A program made the translations under genes and the position numbers. A stretch of 60,749 nucleotides of DNA, counting the filler, from Rhizaria sp. SCN 62-66 (lineage: Eukaryota), in NCBI GenBank assembly GCA_001724265.1. It is 2 parts of 2 records of this genome, joined end to end, with 100 filler letters (N's around TTAATTAATTAA, not from the genome) between each part and the next. Parts side by side here need not be neighbours in the genome. Positions count along the whole stretch, not along the records: positions 1 to 30,414 come from MEDY01000365.1; 1 more part is not named here. One strand, 5' to 3'. This document shows positions 1-12,600 of the stretch, in pieces. Every line of letters begins with the position of its first letter. The stretch's first letter is position 1. The notes beneath the pieces were generated by a model. That model saw only the letters and a list, made by a program, of their open reading frames with translations, did not search any database and was not told the DNA's origin.

Positions 1-569
1 ACAGAAACACCACCTTTGGACACAGCGAGGGGAATACACCGTGGGCCGTCTTCGTCACCGTCTCACATGCTTTTTTATGTAAAATGTCGTGCGTCACAAC
101 TGCTTATTGTTGAATTGATCAAAGTTGTCTCTGTCGCCATCGTGGAGTTTGACCACGCGCCAGCTATTAGTAAGCTTACATTTTAATCTTTAAGCATCTG
201 TCGGGGTGCAAGGAGGGGTTTTAGTCAGTAGTATGTGACGACGAGTCTGACACTGTTCACTGGGGTAGCCTAGCGTTCGTCTTTAAAAGATTTCCCTGTC
301 GATCGGTCTTTTAGTCAGCGATGGCTAAGAGAAAACGCGCCGATACTAGTACTAGTTTTTAAAAAAAGAAGCTCTGTCAACCTGTAAAGAACGAACAACT
401 CTCCGAATTCGTCATACAAAACCGTTGGGTATACAATAAACAGTTATATTATTTATAAATAAAGTAACATATAGAGATATAAATAGCTTTTCATAAATCC
501 TTAGCCGATAATGAATATTTTTTTTAAAAAACTTAGATACTTAAAATTGGGCCTGCAGTGTATCTAAAA

Positions 570-641
570 GGTCTTATAGTATAGCGGTTAGTACGATTGG
601 CTCTGATCCAATAGTCCTGAGTTCGAATCTCGGTAAGACCT
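570..641 (+). tRNA. trnQ-CTG: tRNA-Gln, anticodon CTG (603-605)
   Basis: Cloverleaf: acceptor stem GGTCTTA/TAAGACC, D arm GTATAGCGGTTAGTAC, anticodon arm ATTGG-CTCTGAT-CCAAT, T arm CTGAG-TTCGAAT-CTCGG, discriminator T, followed by an oligo-T Pol III terminator. Confidence 0.95.
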
Positions 642-1224
642 TAATTTTTTGGCCGCCCTCTTACCATGGTCCGGCGCCAAATCACGCCAAATCGCGCTTC
701 CTCATGACTAATTTTTTTTTTGCACCCACGGGATCTCCTGGCTGATCCACTAGAGCCGCAGCTCTATTGGTCAGTGAAGTCATCTGTCACCGCGCCGCCG
801 CACACATGCGCGCAGGGCCCGCCCACCGCTGGTGTGAATCTTGAATTGTGAAGATGAGGATGGTGAATCTGAGGAGGACAGTTGTGCGGAGGATGATGAG
901 GAGGACGATGAGGAGGACGACAATTACGCTTCGTGAATGTAACAAGCTGCGCTGATACGTGTGTTTTCATTTGAAAATTTCATGTATGATAGTCAAACCT
1001 AAATAACAAGTAGTTGTGACAAAACAAAACTATCAGCTAAAATAAGCAGCATCGTTCGTACTGTCTGAAAACAACCAACGCAGACTGCACTGCTCTCGCA
1101 GCGGCACCTCGGCCACAGCAAGTGCTAGTCTAATGGCCCTTTCTCTCCGGGCCAGTTCTGCTCAAACAGCGACAGACACACGCAAAGCAGTGGAAGTGTT
1201 TATCTCTTGCACATAGAGCTCGAG

Positions 1225-2930
1225 TCACCGCGCGGCCTTTTGCGCCGCCGCGGCCTCGGCCTCCGCGGCGGCGTCGGCTTTGGCCTCCTCCTCGGTCTCC
1301 CGCCGGTGGCGGTGCTCCTGCCAGACGCCGGGGAACCAGTACGTCTCCGTGACGGCGCCGTCGCCGCCGGCGTAGCTGCTCTGCTGCAGCTCGAGCCAGC
1401 AGAGGCCCTCCTTGAGCAGCGATTGCAGCCCGCGGAGGGCGCGGCTGCGGTCCCAGCCGAGCGCCGCGGCCGCACCCGCCACCGTCACGGCGCCCACGGC
1501 GGGGGCCAGACCGCCGGGAGTCGTCGGGGACACGGGGCTGACAGCGCCAGAGTCACCCGCACCCGCACTCGTACTCGCAGTGGCACTTGCGGTGGAACCT
1601 GCGGTGGAACTCACATTTGCGGTGAGAGCTGGGAGGGGCTTGCGCGAGAGCGACAACAAAGCAATCGTGTCGGTCGAGAGCTCGGTGGGCACCGACAACA
1701 CCATCGTGGCGCCGGAGACCGAGACGAGGCGGAAGCCGTTGCCAAGTACTTTGACCTTTTCGATCGCGGTGACCACGTCACTCGTCACGATCGCGCTGCT
1801 GTTGTTGCTCTGCGCACTGGCGGCCGAGACGGCGGCGGCCGCGGTGGCGCGGCGGCCGCGGAGCTGGCGGAGGCGGCGGAGGAGCTCTGGCAGGGCAATG
1901 AGGCCGCCGTTCTCCGCGCGCGTCACGAGGCAGACCTCGATGATCTGCACCGCAAGCTGGGAGAGCGGCGGGTTTCGGTGTAAAAAAGGGATTTTTGAGA
2001 GAGTATATAAATGAGAAACATGAAAAATCACAGTAATGACGCACAAATTCAATTAGTACACATTATATAAACGATATATCCGACATTGACGTGATTTTTA
2101 ACATTAGTTAGTTAGTTACTGAAGTAAATAGTGAACGTACTTGGTAGTAGAAGTCACCGACGCCGAGCGCCTGGGCCCAAAAGCCTTTGTTGGAGGCCAG
2201 GGGGTCAACACCAATAGAGGAGCACATCTTGTTGAACTGTGCGCGGAAGATGGGGTTCTATAGATGATGTTATAGATCAGAACAGCGCAAGAAAAGCAAC
2301 GGAACAATGTAAGGGCAGAGTAGCGAATCGAGATAGGAGTGACATCGTTGAGAGGAGATACATGCAGTTAAGTCCTATTCAGAATAATAATAAATAATAG
2401 CGTCGCAAAGTAACACAAACGACATCAATGTGTAACGACACGAGAGGCAATGGCGATGGTGACGACTTACCTTGCTGATCTTGTCTTTGTGCTTGGCCGC
2501 AAACTGAGCGAGGTTGTTCTGAAAAACCTCGAGCTGTTGCTTCATCTGTTGACGCGTTAATGGACAAGAGTAGACGCGGATTCGTGATGGTGATTCGTCA
2601 CACCAACAACGCAAAAAAGGGAGCGCGTTGACGGAAAGCAAAGCAAAGAGGGAAGATCTCATGAGAAAAGAGCCCCCATAGGCGATCAATCAAGCACAGG
2701 AGAGATAACCCAAAGACATATGCAAGAATGCAACAGTTGAAGTAACATATCGAGAGTACACAGCAAACCAGCGCAATATAGGCGTAGATGTGCAGCAAAG
2801 AGTGGGCGTCAAGGAAGAGGTGACGTACGGATGCTTCATTCTCAGCTTCAAGTTCGGTGCCTAGGTCTTCGTAGCGTTGCTTAACCTGGGCCTTTTTTTG
2901 CAACCCACCAATACCAGCACCTCGACGCAT
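1225..2930 (-). CDS. SNF8: ESCRT-II subunit Vps22/SNF8; exons 2930-2829, 2545-2471, 2257-2141, 1956-1225
   Basis: Spliced product [10 protein letters not shown]...[59 protein letters not shown]...ENGGLI...YWFPG carries the Vps22 hallmark motifs. All three introns are GT-AG and in frame; ends in TGA. Confidence 0.95.
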
Positions 2931-3472
2931 GGGGCGTAGTGCAGTGTGTCTAGACGGACGTTTCAACGCGTTCTATCATTCTCTTTTCACTTGGTCTCGC
3001 GCCGTTGGCTGGGCCGAGCAGGACTGCCACAAAACCGCCTGCAAAGAATCAGCAGTGCGTTCATCATATTATCGCCGTGCTGTCGCATTCTTGGTTCGGT
3101 TTTAGCGCATAATATTGAATGTTTTCTGTTATATTTTAAGCGTATGCGCGTAAACTCTTGTTTCGATGTGATATTGTGATGATACCGCGGCCAGTTGATA
3201 TGCATCTACCTCTCGGCTCGCCCACCATCTGAACAGTCATGTTCTCTCTCAAATCTGACTGTTTACTTCATGATTTCAAACTTTCTCCACAAAATCACAT
3301 CTTATATGTTGTTTTAATTTATTTTTACGCCCATTCACTCACGTATTACACCTGTGTTCTCTTCGTCCGCACTCTGGCATGCGCCGTATCAGCTCCCCTC
3401 CGCGCTCTTTCCCCCCGCCCCGCAGCGCATACAGCCGGCTCTCTCCTGCGCCCCGCGCCAGCCAGCGAGCCA

Positions 3473-3860
3473 ATGTTTGGGTTTTCCAGCAGCTCCTCGA
3501 GCAGTAGCGGCAGCGGCAGCAGCGGCAGCTACAACGGCCCCCGCGCGCCCCCCAGCAGCATCGCACACGCGCACTCGCATTCGCACCCGCACTCGCACGC
3601 GTCGAGCTCGAGCTCTTCCAGCGCTTCCCGCTCCCCGTCCCAGTCCTCAGGCTCGGGCTCCGGCTCCGGCCTGCTGGCGCCGCCGCTGTCCCCGGCCTCT
3701 GCGCAGTACAACCCCTCGCACATCGCGTCCGTCGCGGCCTACACGCTGAGCCCGCAGATCATGGGCGCGGCCTCCCCGCACGGCAACGCCACCACCGTAC
3801 TCTCCCTCTCCTCCTCCTCATCATCCTCCGCTAGCAGCAACCCTAGCGCTAATGCGAACA

Positions 3861-3895
<35 letters not shown>

Positions 3896-5487
3896 GCTGG
3901 GGCACACCGCATCCCTCGCACCGGCACCGGCTCTGGCTCTGGCTCAGGCTCAAGCTCAAGCTCAGTCTCAGGCGCATCAACGTCAGCATCGCCCACCCGC
4001 AACTCCAGCTCCGGCTCCGGCTCTGGCTCTGGCTCCGGCTCTGGCTCTGGCTCCGGCGCGGGCGCGGCGTCGCCCTCGCGCGGGGCCGTGGAGCTGATCT
4101 TCAGCATCAGCGACGGCCGCGGCGGGCTGACCGAGCTCCGCCGCGAGCACTACCTCTACAAGGGCGGCCGGCCGATCCGCTGCTCGCAGGGCGACTACGA
4201 CGCCGTGCCCGTCGCGGAGCGCGGCAGTGAGGCCGAGCAGGCCGCGATGCAGACCGCCATCCTGCAGCAGCAGCAGCAGGCGCAGACTCAACCACAGCAA
4301 CCGCAGAGTGGCAGTCGCGGTGGTGGCGGCGGCCGGTACCAGTTCCAGCCCTCGTCGTCCCCTACCAACGGTTATAGTAGCATGAGTGCGAGCGCGAGCT
4401 CCACTGGCAGCGGCTCCAGCGGTGGCGGCGGTAACCCCGCGAACACGTACTCGAGCGTCTTCAACAGCACGCTCTCCAGCTACAACTCCAACAACAGCAG
4501 CAGTAGCAGCAACAACAACAACAACAACAATACCGGCGGCGGCATGATGCCGGGCTTCCTCAAGACTGCCCAGGACGCCTTCGCAGGCATCATGTCGACC
4601 GTTGCGACCACTACGGCCACGGCCGCGACCGCCGTGGCCGCCGCTGCCGCCTCGGCCGCGTCCCCTGTGACGTCTCGCTCGGCGCCCCGGGTCCCCTCGC
4701 CCCGCAACTCGCACTCGCACGGTTACAGCAGCAGCCAGAGCTACGGCAGCGGGAGCAGTGGCAGTGGCAGCGGCTATAACGCGTTTGACCGTTTCGCGTC
4801 TTCATCGTCTTCGTCGTCAAGCTCTCAGAGGACTTTCAGCAGCAGCAGCAGCAGCAGCAGCGGCGGCGGTGGCGGTGGTGGCAGCGTGGTTGTGGTCCCG
4901 CGCCGCGCCTCTCCGATTGCTGGCGCCGCCTCCTCTTCTTCCGCGCCAGTGCCCGCGCCGGCTGCGGCTGCGGGAGGCGGGGGTTACCCTGTCTCGGGCG
5001 CGGGCGCATACGCGCAGTCGCTCAAGACGCTGGCGCAGCAAGGGCTCCTGCCGCAGGGACAGGGGCAGGGGCAGGGACAGTTGCAGCGGTCCGTCAGTGG
5101 CAGCGGCAGCGGCAGCAGCAGTGTGAGCGTGGTTGGAGGCAAGAAACAGATCGTCACTTCCGCTGCTGCCGCCGCCGCCGCTGCTGCTGCCAACAACAAC
5201 AGCCGACCGAGCGGCAACGCGTTAGTGACTGCGCCTGCGCTGTCCTCCTCCTCGTCCTACCCCCCCGTCCACTCACACAGCCAAAGTCAGAACCTGACTG
5301 CTTACGGTCACTCTGCTCACGGTCACTCTGCGGGCGCACATGTGGCGGCTCCACGCACTCTGCCCGCTAGTCGCAGCGCCAACGTTGGCTCTAGCTCGAG
5401 TTTCACCTTTAACTCTAGCTCTAGCTCTAGCTCTAGCTCTAGCTCGAGCGCTGCGACCGTGACGCCGACAAAGCAGATCATGACAGC

Positions 5488-5519
<32 letters not shown>

Positions 5520-7011
5520 TGAGTAGCAGTAAGCATAGCACGAATGTGCCTGCGGAGTCGGCTGTCGAGACCGTCACCGTCCCGGTTCTGCTGCCCGCGA
5601 GCGCTCACGCCACAAGCGGGTCGATGTCTCACTCACCTTCACTATCATCGTCATCTTCGTCGTCGTCGATCTTGCCTGCGGCTGCGAGCATCTCCAGCAG
5701 CGGCAGCGGCGACAGCGGCGTCGGTGCCGTGGCCGTGGCCGTGGCGCCCGCGCCAGTGCTCACTGCCAGCGGCTTCTACCTGCCGCCCGTGAGCCCGTAC
5801 GCGCCCGCGATCCGCCGTCCCGGCGACCGCCCCGGCGACGCCGCGGGCGCGCAGAACGCAGGCGTCACCGACAGCGCCGTCGCCGCCGCCGCCGCCGCCG
5901 CTGCCGCTGTTGGTGGTGGCGGAGGTGCGGGCAACGGCAAGCACTCTGCGTCGACGTTTTCGCTGCTCACGGACGCTTTCCGCTCTGCCTTCGCGATGTC
6001 GCCCTCCTCAGCCGCCGCCGCGCCAGCATCGGCCTCGCTCAACAGCAAGGGCAGCCACGGCCACGGCAGCAATAGCGGTACTGGCATGATGACGCGGCAG
6101 CGCGCGAAGAAGAGCGTGCGGTGGAACCCCCTGATGGTGCGAATGAAGGCCATCCCGCTCACCGGCCGCCGCCGCATGCGCGCCGCCAGCGCCGCGCCCG
6201 CGGAGGCGGCGGGAGACGGGGAAAGCGACGGTGGTGACAGCACCGACGAATACGCCGCTGACGACGACGACGACGGCGACGGCGACGGCGACGGCGACGA
6301 TAGCGGTGATGGCAGAGTCGTCGTGAAGCGCGTCGGTGGCGGTGGCGGCAGCGCGAGTTTGGGCGCGAGTCCGATGGCCGCCAAGGGCAAGGCCGACAAG
6401 GCCGGCAAGGGTGGCAAGAGAGCGGCGGCGGCGACGGCGACGGATGTGTTTAACAGCGTCGCCGCGGCTTCAGACAACAGCAACAGCAACGGCGGCGGCT
6501 CTGATGCGGGCAACGTTGTCAAGACCATTCGCTTTGATGATGATGACGACGACGACGACGACGGCAATGGCAATGGCAAGGACGCCAAGAGTAAGAAGGC
6601 TGCTGCTGCTGGTGCTGCTAGTGCTGCTAACGATGACAACGGCGACGATGACAACGCTGAAGAGAGCTTCCGGTCCAAGCGTTCCCGTCCGAACACTTCT
6701 GCCGCGGGCAGCAAGTCTAAGGGGGTACTTACCCTGACGCGCAACCCCTGGTCGATCCCGTTCCTGTCTTCGGGCAACATGACCCGCCGCGAGCGGCTTA
6801 ACTTTGAGGGTGTGCTCAAGGTCGACGCGCGCGCGCGCCTGGACCTCGGCGACCACGACGAGCAAATCGTCGCCGCCGGGCACTTGGACCAGCCGTCTAA
6901 GGGGCAAGCAGGCAGGGGCTCCGCGCCAGCGAGCGCCAGCAAGGCCGGCCGCGCGGGCGCCGCAAGCGCTGCTAGTCCCAGCTCGCGCGCCGCGGGCGAC
7001 AGCATCAGCAA

Positions 7012-7045
<34 letters not shown>

Positions 7046-9255
7046 GGCAGCGGCGTGACCGGTGCCGCGTTCGTCGGCGTCGCGCCCGCGCCCGGTGCTG
7101 GCATGGTCACCAACCAGGCGCTGCTTGCTGCGCTGCGCCCCGCAATTACCACCGCCAAGCGCGCCGCCCACACAGGCGCTGGTGCTGGCTCTGCTGGTGT
7201 TGTGGCTGGCGCGGGCGCGGGCGCGAGCGCTGGGCTGGGCGCGCTGTACAGCAACCACACGCCGGCCGAGTTCCTGGCCGCGGCCTCGCCGCTGCGCAAC
7301 CTCCCCGCCCTCAACAACAACAACATTAGCAGTGAGATTGGGCACTCGCATGCGAAGCCTCCGTCGTCACCGTCGACCCAGAGTCGCAACAGTGGCACCG
7401 GGGGCGGCAGCTCCCACAGCCCGAACGCGGGCGCCGCTTCGAGCCGTCTCTTGCCGTTTTACCCCTTCGCGGTCGTGCCCTTGCACAAGCCCGCCAAGCC
7501 CGCTGCCACCGCCGCCGCCGCCTCGACCCCGAATAGCAAGAGAAACGCCAAGGTCGGCGGGCGACGCAGGGACGCTGTGCACAGCGACGACGACGCCGAC
7601 GCCGAAAGCGAGACTGAAGACGAGGCGGACATCCCGTGGACAGAGCTGACGACGCCGACCGACGACTTCGTCTTCGGCTTCGACCCCACGACGGCGCCCG
7701 CGCTGCCGCTGCCGCCGCTGGCGTCCCTGCAGGGGCTGTCGCCCGCGAACGCGGCCAAGCGGCGCCTCGCGCGGCTGCATCAGGCGTGGACGGCCTCGCC
7801 CGCCATCGCCGCGTTGCTGCTGCGCTGCGTTGATCTCAACGCGCTTGTGCCCGACCCGCGCAACCCGTACCAGCACAATAACCTTGCCGTTAACGCCAAC
7901 ACTCAGCCCAACAACAACAGCGTCAACAGCATCGCGGACGCGGTGCCGCGGCTGCCCGCGATCCTGTCGTTCCCGCCGCTGGCGCTGTGCCCGGCCGCCG
8001 CGGTCGACGCGGGCGCGGACGCGGAGCTGGGCGACGTGCTGGAGAGCATGGGCATGCCCACGGTCGAGGCCGTGGCATGCTTCAAGTGGTTCCAGGTCGC
8101 GCGCTGGGTCGCCATCCTCGCTTTCGCTAAGGTACATTATTCGGACTAAGTTTCACTGAAACGAAAGAGATATTGTTGTTTAGTCCTGATTTGAGTATAT
8201 TTGCATATTTTTTAAAATTAAATTCTCACTCTTAAATTCTTAACCCCACATTCGTTGTTTCCCTCTCACAGGTCGGCCAGGTCAAGACGCGCCCCGCGTT
8301 GATCCGCCTGGCGTCGCTGCTGCGCGCCGAGCTGGACACGGACCACGTCTCGCTTCCCTACTCCTCGCTTATTGACCTCTCGATCACCATCCTCCCGGGG
8401 CTCTCCGGCGCGCACGCGGCCCGTTTGGAGCGCGACTTTGGCGTCATCTCGCTCGGCGACCTCGCCTTCGACCCCTGGTTCAACGCCGCGTTCGACCTCT
8501 TTGCCTGCGCGCGCGGCGCGGGCGTGCCCCCCACGGCCGCTGCGGCTGCCGCCGCCGACATGGACGACGGCGACGACGCCGCGGCGCTCGAGGGCGAGCT
8601 GAGCGCCGAGGAGCACACGGCGTGGTGGCTGCGTCCTGGCGGGCTCGAGGGCGAGGAAACGTATCTCTGCGCGCAGGCGGCCGCGGAGCAGAACACCACC
8701 GTTGGCTCCCACAACTACAGCGGCAGCAACAGCAACAACAACAACTACAGCAACAACAGCAGCAGCAGCAATGCTGGCGCTAGCGGCAGTAACAACAGGA
8801 AACAGATTTCGGTGACTCCCAACAACGCTGCGAGCGCCAAGCAGGGCCCGCGCGGGCAGCAGGCCGGCGGCGGCTCCGCCGCCAGCGGCAACAACGCCAA
8901 GGGGGTGCCCTCGCGCCGCGTGCCCTCAGTCACTCCCGCCGCGTCTGCGTCTGCCTCTGCCTCTACCGGTGCCTCGTCGTCGTCCGGCAGCTTCGGCGGC
9001 GCTGCCGGGGGCCGGGGGCTGGTGCGGCCGCCGACGCCGGCCAAGCTGTCGAACAAGCCCAACAACAGCAACAACACCACGAACGCTAACGCGGGCACTG
9101 GTGCGATCAACAACAGCTTTGCTCACCAGTCGCAGCGGCAGCAGCGGCAGCAGCAGAGGCAGCAGCAGCAGCAGCAACAGCCGCAACAGCCGAGTGGCGG
9201 TGGCGGTGGCGGCGGCAGGGGGCATGGGCAGCGGAAGCGCCCGCTGCAGATGTAA
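3473..9255 (+). CDS. Large Ser/Gly/Ala/Gln low-complexity protein (~1880 aa) with RVxF-type motifs and a C-terminal helix-hairpin-helix-like module; exons 3473-8131, 8272-9255
   Basis: Long GC-rich ORF. An AT-rich intron 8132-8271 (GTACAT...CACAG) joins in frame to the 8299-9255 ORF. Ends in TAA, followed by a drop in GC. Start codon uncertain. Confidence 0.75.
5413..5444 (+). repeat. (TCTAGC)n hexamer microsatellite encoding poly-Ser
   Basis: About five tandem TCTAGC units in frame within the large low-complexity gene. Confidence 0.85.
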
Positions 9256-9643
9256 GCACGTTCATGCTTGCATTTTCGTTGTTGCATCCTAAGTACACAA
9301 GTATTTATTACTTTGTTCTACAAACACATTTTTTGTCTCTTTGAAAGTTTTCTAATGCCATGTATGCTTTTTTACAACAATTTGTTTTAATTTCCGTTCG
9401 TTTTAATGTTTCTGTTTCTTTTCTATGCTATGTTATACGTGCAGTAGTGACAACTGTGGCGTCTTTCACTATTCATTGTTTTGATGCAATTCACTTATGT
9501 CACTGATACAAATACAGAACAATACTTTATAGATCAATCAGCTCAACAATGGAATTTGCTCTAAGAGCCTATTTTTAAGCTAGAAATGTGTATTTCATTG
9601 CATTTGAGCAACGTTTTTTGATATAAGTGAAAATGGGTAAAGT

Positions 9644-12600
9644 TTAGGTTGTGAATCCTGAGGCTAAGAGACTGTCAACTCCGGCAATGACTGTATCAGG
9701 ATGCGTTGCTACACCAGGCGCACTGCTCACAGTTAGCCGAAACTTGCACTGTAAACACACAGACGAGGTACTGAGACTTGGACTTGCGGAGTGCAATTGA
9801 CACAGCTCGTGAGCCACGGTGATTGTGAGCAGCGACTCAGCGCTCTTCGTGCTGGATGGCAGAGTGCTTGAAATAAAGCCAGGGCAGTCTAGCGCAACGC
9901 CAGCTTTCAAGTTGCAGCTACTATCACACTGTTTGCAGTCATTATCGACGCTTGCAGCAGAATAGTTATAACTCTCATTGCTGATTTCACAACCACTCTT
10001 CACAGTTGTAACCGAGATTGCAATATGAGGACCATCAGCCACATCGACATTTGCACTCGTTGCGGTAGCAAAAGTTCTACTTGTACTTGCAGTCATGGGA
10101 GAAAAGAGAGACATCACTGATACAACAGACGCAACAGCAGCAGCGCCCTTGGCCTTTGCAGCCACGATAGCACGTGCACTTACACTCATGTTGATATCGA
10201 GATCGCTGTCGCTGTTATTATGATGAAAGTTGCTGGCACTGACACTCTTGAAAGTACTATTGAGTGACTGGGAGCAATATTGATCGTAAACGCACGACAC
10301 AACATTCAGCGAAGGGACTGGGCACTGTTGACTTGAGTGAGTCTGAACAGACTCTGAGTATTTATCGTCAGCAAGAGGCATACTAGCAAAAACATAGCTC
10401 GTGCTGTCGTAGTTATTGTTGTTGCAAACACTTACAGTTACAGTGTGAGCAACATTGTCGCGAATATGATTATTATTCTCAGCAGCAGTAGCTGTTGCTG
10501 CTTGCAGTCCGACCATCGTTGTCGCAACAGCCGCGGTCGTTACAGCGGTCACAGCAGAAACCAAGACAGCACTCAAATCGTCACTCTGTTGCGTACAGTT
10601 ACCGTTCGAGCTATTGCTACTGCTGTGACATTGTTCACGCATTGCGCGCTCAAACAGTTGAGCCACACCAGCAGTAGCGCCTTTCTCACTCCCACTGCGG
10701 CCAATCCTGTCGGAGCCGCTTGTGGCGGCGGCCAGAGCCAAGTGCGCCTTAAAGCGTAACAGCAACAAGGGAGAGAATGAGCGTGACCAAGCAATACGAC
10801 GGCGAGCAGCGCCAAGGTAGCCTTGCTGCTGCTGATTTTGGCCTAGTTGACTGGAGCCGCAACCGCTTGAGCTGCGATTGTTTGCGGTCGTATGCACGCT
10901 CGTGTTAGCATTTGATTTTAAGCCGCCGGAGAACAATGTGTTGATTAGAGATGCAAGTGTAAAGAATGGTAGATAGGAGATGAAAACAAAGTACCAAAGT
11001 GAACCGCGACTGTAAGTACCCATCATATTCATCTCACGTAGACTCTTAGCTGAGCTAGTGTAAGGCTTTGTCAGTGACTAAGAGCAGCTGCATTCACATG
11101 CGCAGCAAGGCCCCAACTGTGTCTGTGAAAGCTGCTGGGAGATGCTGTTGCATCCGGCATTATTAACCGCCGTAGCAGCATCAGCAGTACTCGCCGCTGC
11201 CATTTTATTCGCAGTTGATGATGATGGCCCTACACCTGTTGCTGTAGCAGCGGTGGTTACAGACCGCGAGAGCGGGGATGTTAGCACGTAAGCGCCAAGC
11301 CTCTTAGAATTTGCTGCAATGCGCTTCGACATGTCTGCATTATCAAACTCTGCAATGCTGCCCTTGTTTTTTAGCTGTCGCTGCTGGAGCTGTAGCGATG
11401 ACGGTGACAGAGCTGATGGTGGTGCAAGCTGAGGAATTACAGGGGAAACAGATGAGTTTGAGCTTGCTGCACTCGCTGTAGCTGATACTGGCGCCGACAC
11501 TGGCGAAATACCTGCAGAGGTTAAAGTTGAGCGAGGACTTGCAATAGCACCACGCTGCCGCAGCTCTGAGGCAGGGCTTAATACCTGGCGACGCTGTAAA
11601 TCAGACGTGTTATCTGAATCATCGTTGTGGTAGTTTGCAATCATACTATCGTCAACACTGCTCTTGCTTATGCTATCGATGCAGCTTGCAGCAATGTTAT
11701 GATGGTAGTTGTGTTGGGGCAAAGGCGTGCGTGTCAGGGCTTGCGATTGTGAAGGTAACTGCGAACAAGAGCTTGGCGACTGCACATATTCTGGGCACAC
11801 GCAACACTTTTGGCTTACTAGACATGTGTGAAAGCGGCTAACATCATTGTCATTTGCAAGATACGAGTAGTGACTGTGAGATTGACAGTGACTGTGTTCG
11901 TCATTGCAATCAACGTGTGCTGTTGCCAGTCTCGTTGAAGCTGTTGCAAGCGCTATCGGTTCAGGTGTTACGCGTAGCGCTAACGACGGGGTTTCACCTT
12001 TCCACGCAGAAGTTAAGCCGCCACCAGAGGCGTGAAAAGCAGCAGCGGCAGCCACACGGCAGCGCTGGTGCTTGTGGAGGATCCGCGTGCTGAGATTGTT
12101 GTGATCACATTGAGAACGCTCTAAGCAGGCTTGGATGTAAGTTGACGAAGCACTAAGACTGTTCTCACAATTATTATTACTGCCTAAGTTATGGTTACGA
12201 TTGCTGCCACTTGTCGCCGCTTTGTTATTGTTAACAGCAATGCTGGTGACCCTTACGTCCCGCTTAGCAGATGAGCTTAGACGCGGATACTCAAACTGCA
12301 GCTGCACGCGGAGTAGCAACGACGCAAGTACTGGAAGCGGAAGCACGCGGAGCTGGCTTAAAGTCAAGCCGCCGGCAGTCACAGATAGGCCTTTACTCTC
12401 TGTGCTGCTAGCATGTGCAGGACTTTGCGCCATACCGTCACCGTTCGCAAGAGCATGCTGAGTGGGTAATTGTGGAAGTTGCAACAGCGGAAATGAAGCT
12501 GTTGTTGAGCTTTTAATCTTGTCGCTTGCGCAAGTCGTCAAACCAGTGTTGTGAGACGTCAGCAAGGAGTGATACTTGACTTGTTCAAGAAGCTGTTCGC

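Noticed and set aside
180-360. Possible structured ncRNA upstream of the tRNA (repeated TTTTAGTCAG, ending in a T-run)
   Set aside because: No recognisable snRNA, RNase P/MRP or SRP motifs; an Infernal search would be needed.
838-934. Short acidic frame on + (EDEDGESEED...) and the opposite-strand His/Pro ORF 764-970
   Set aside because: The acidic frame is bounded by TGA at both ends with no ATG or clear splice acceptor. Possibly a decayed fragment, but unsupported as a gene.
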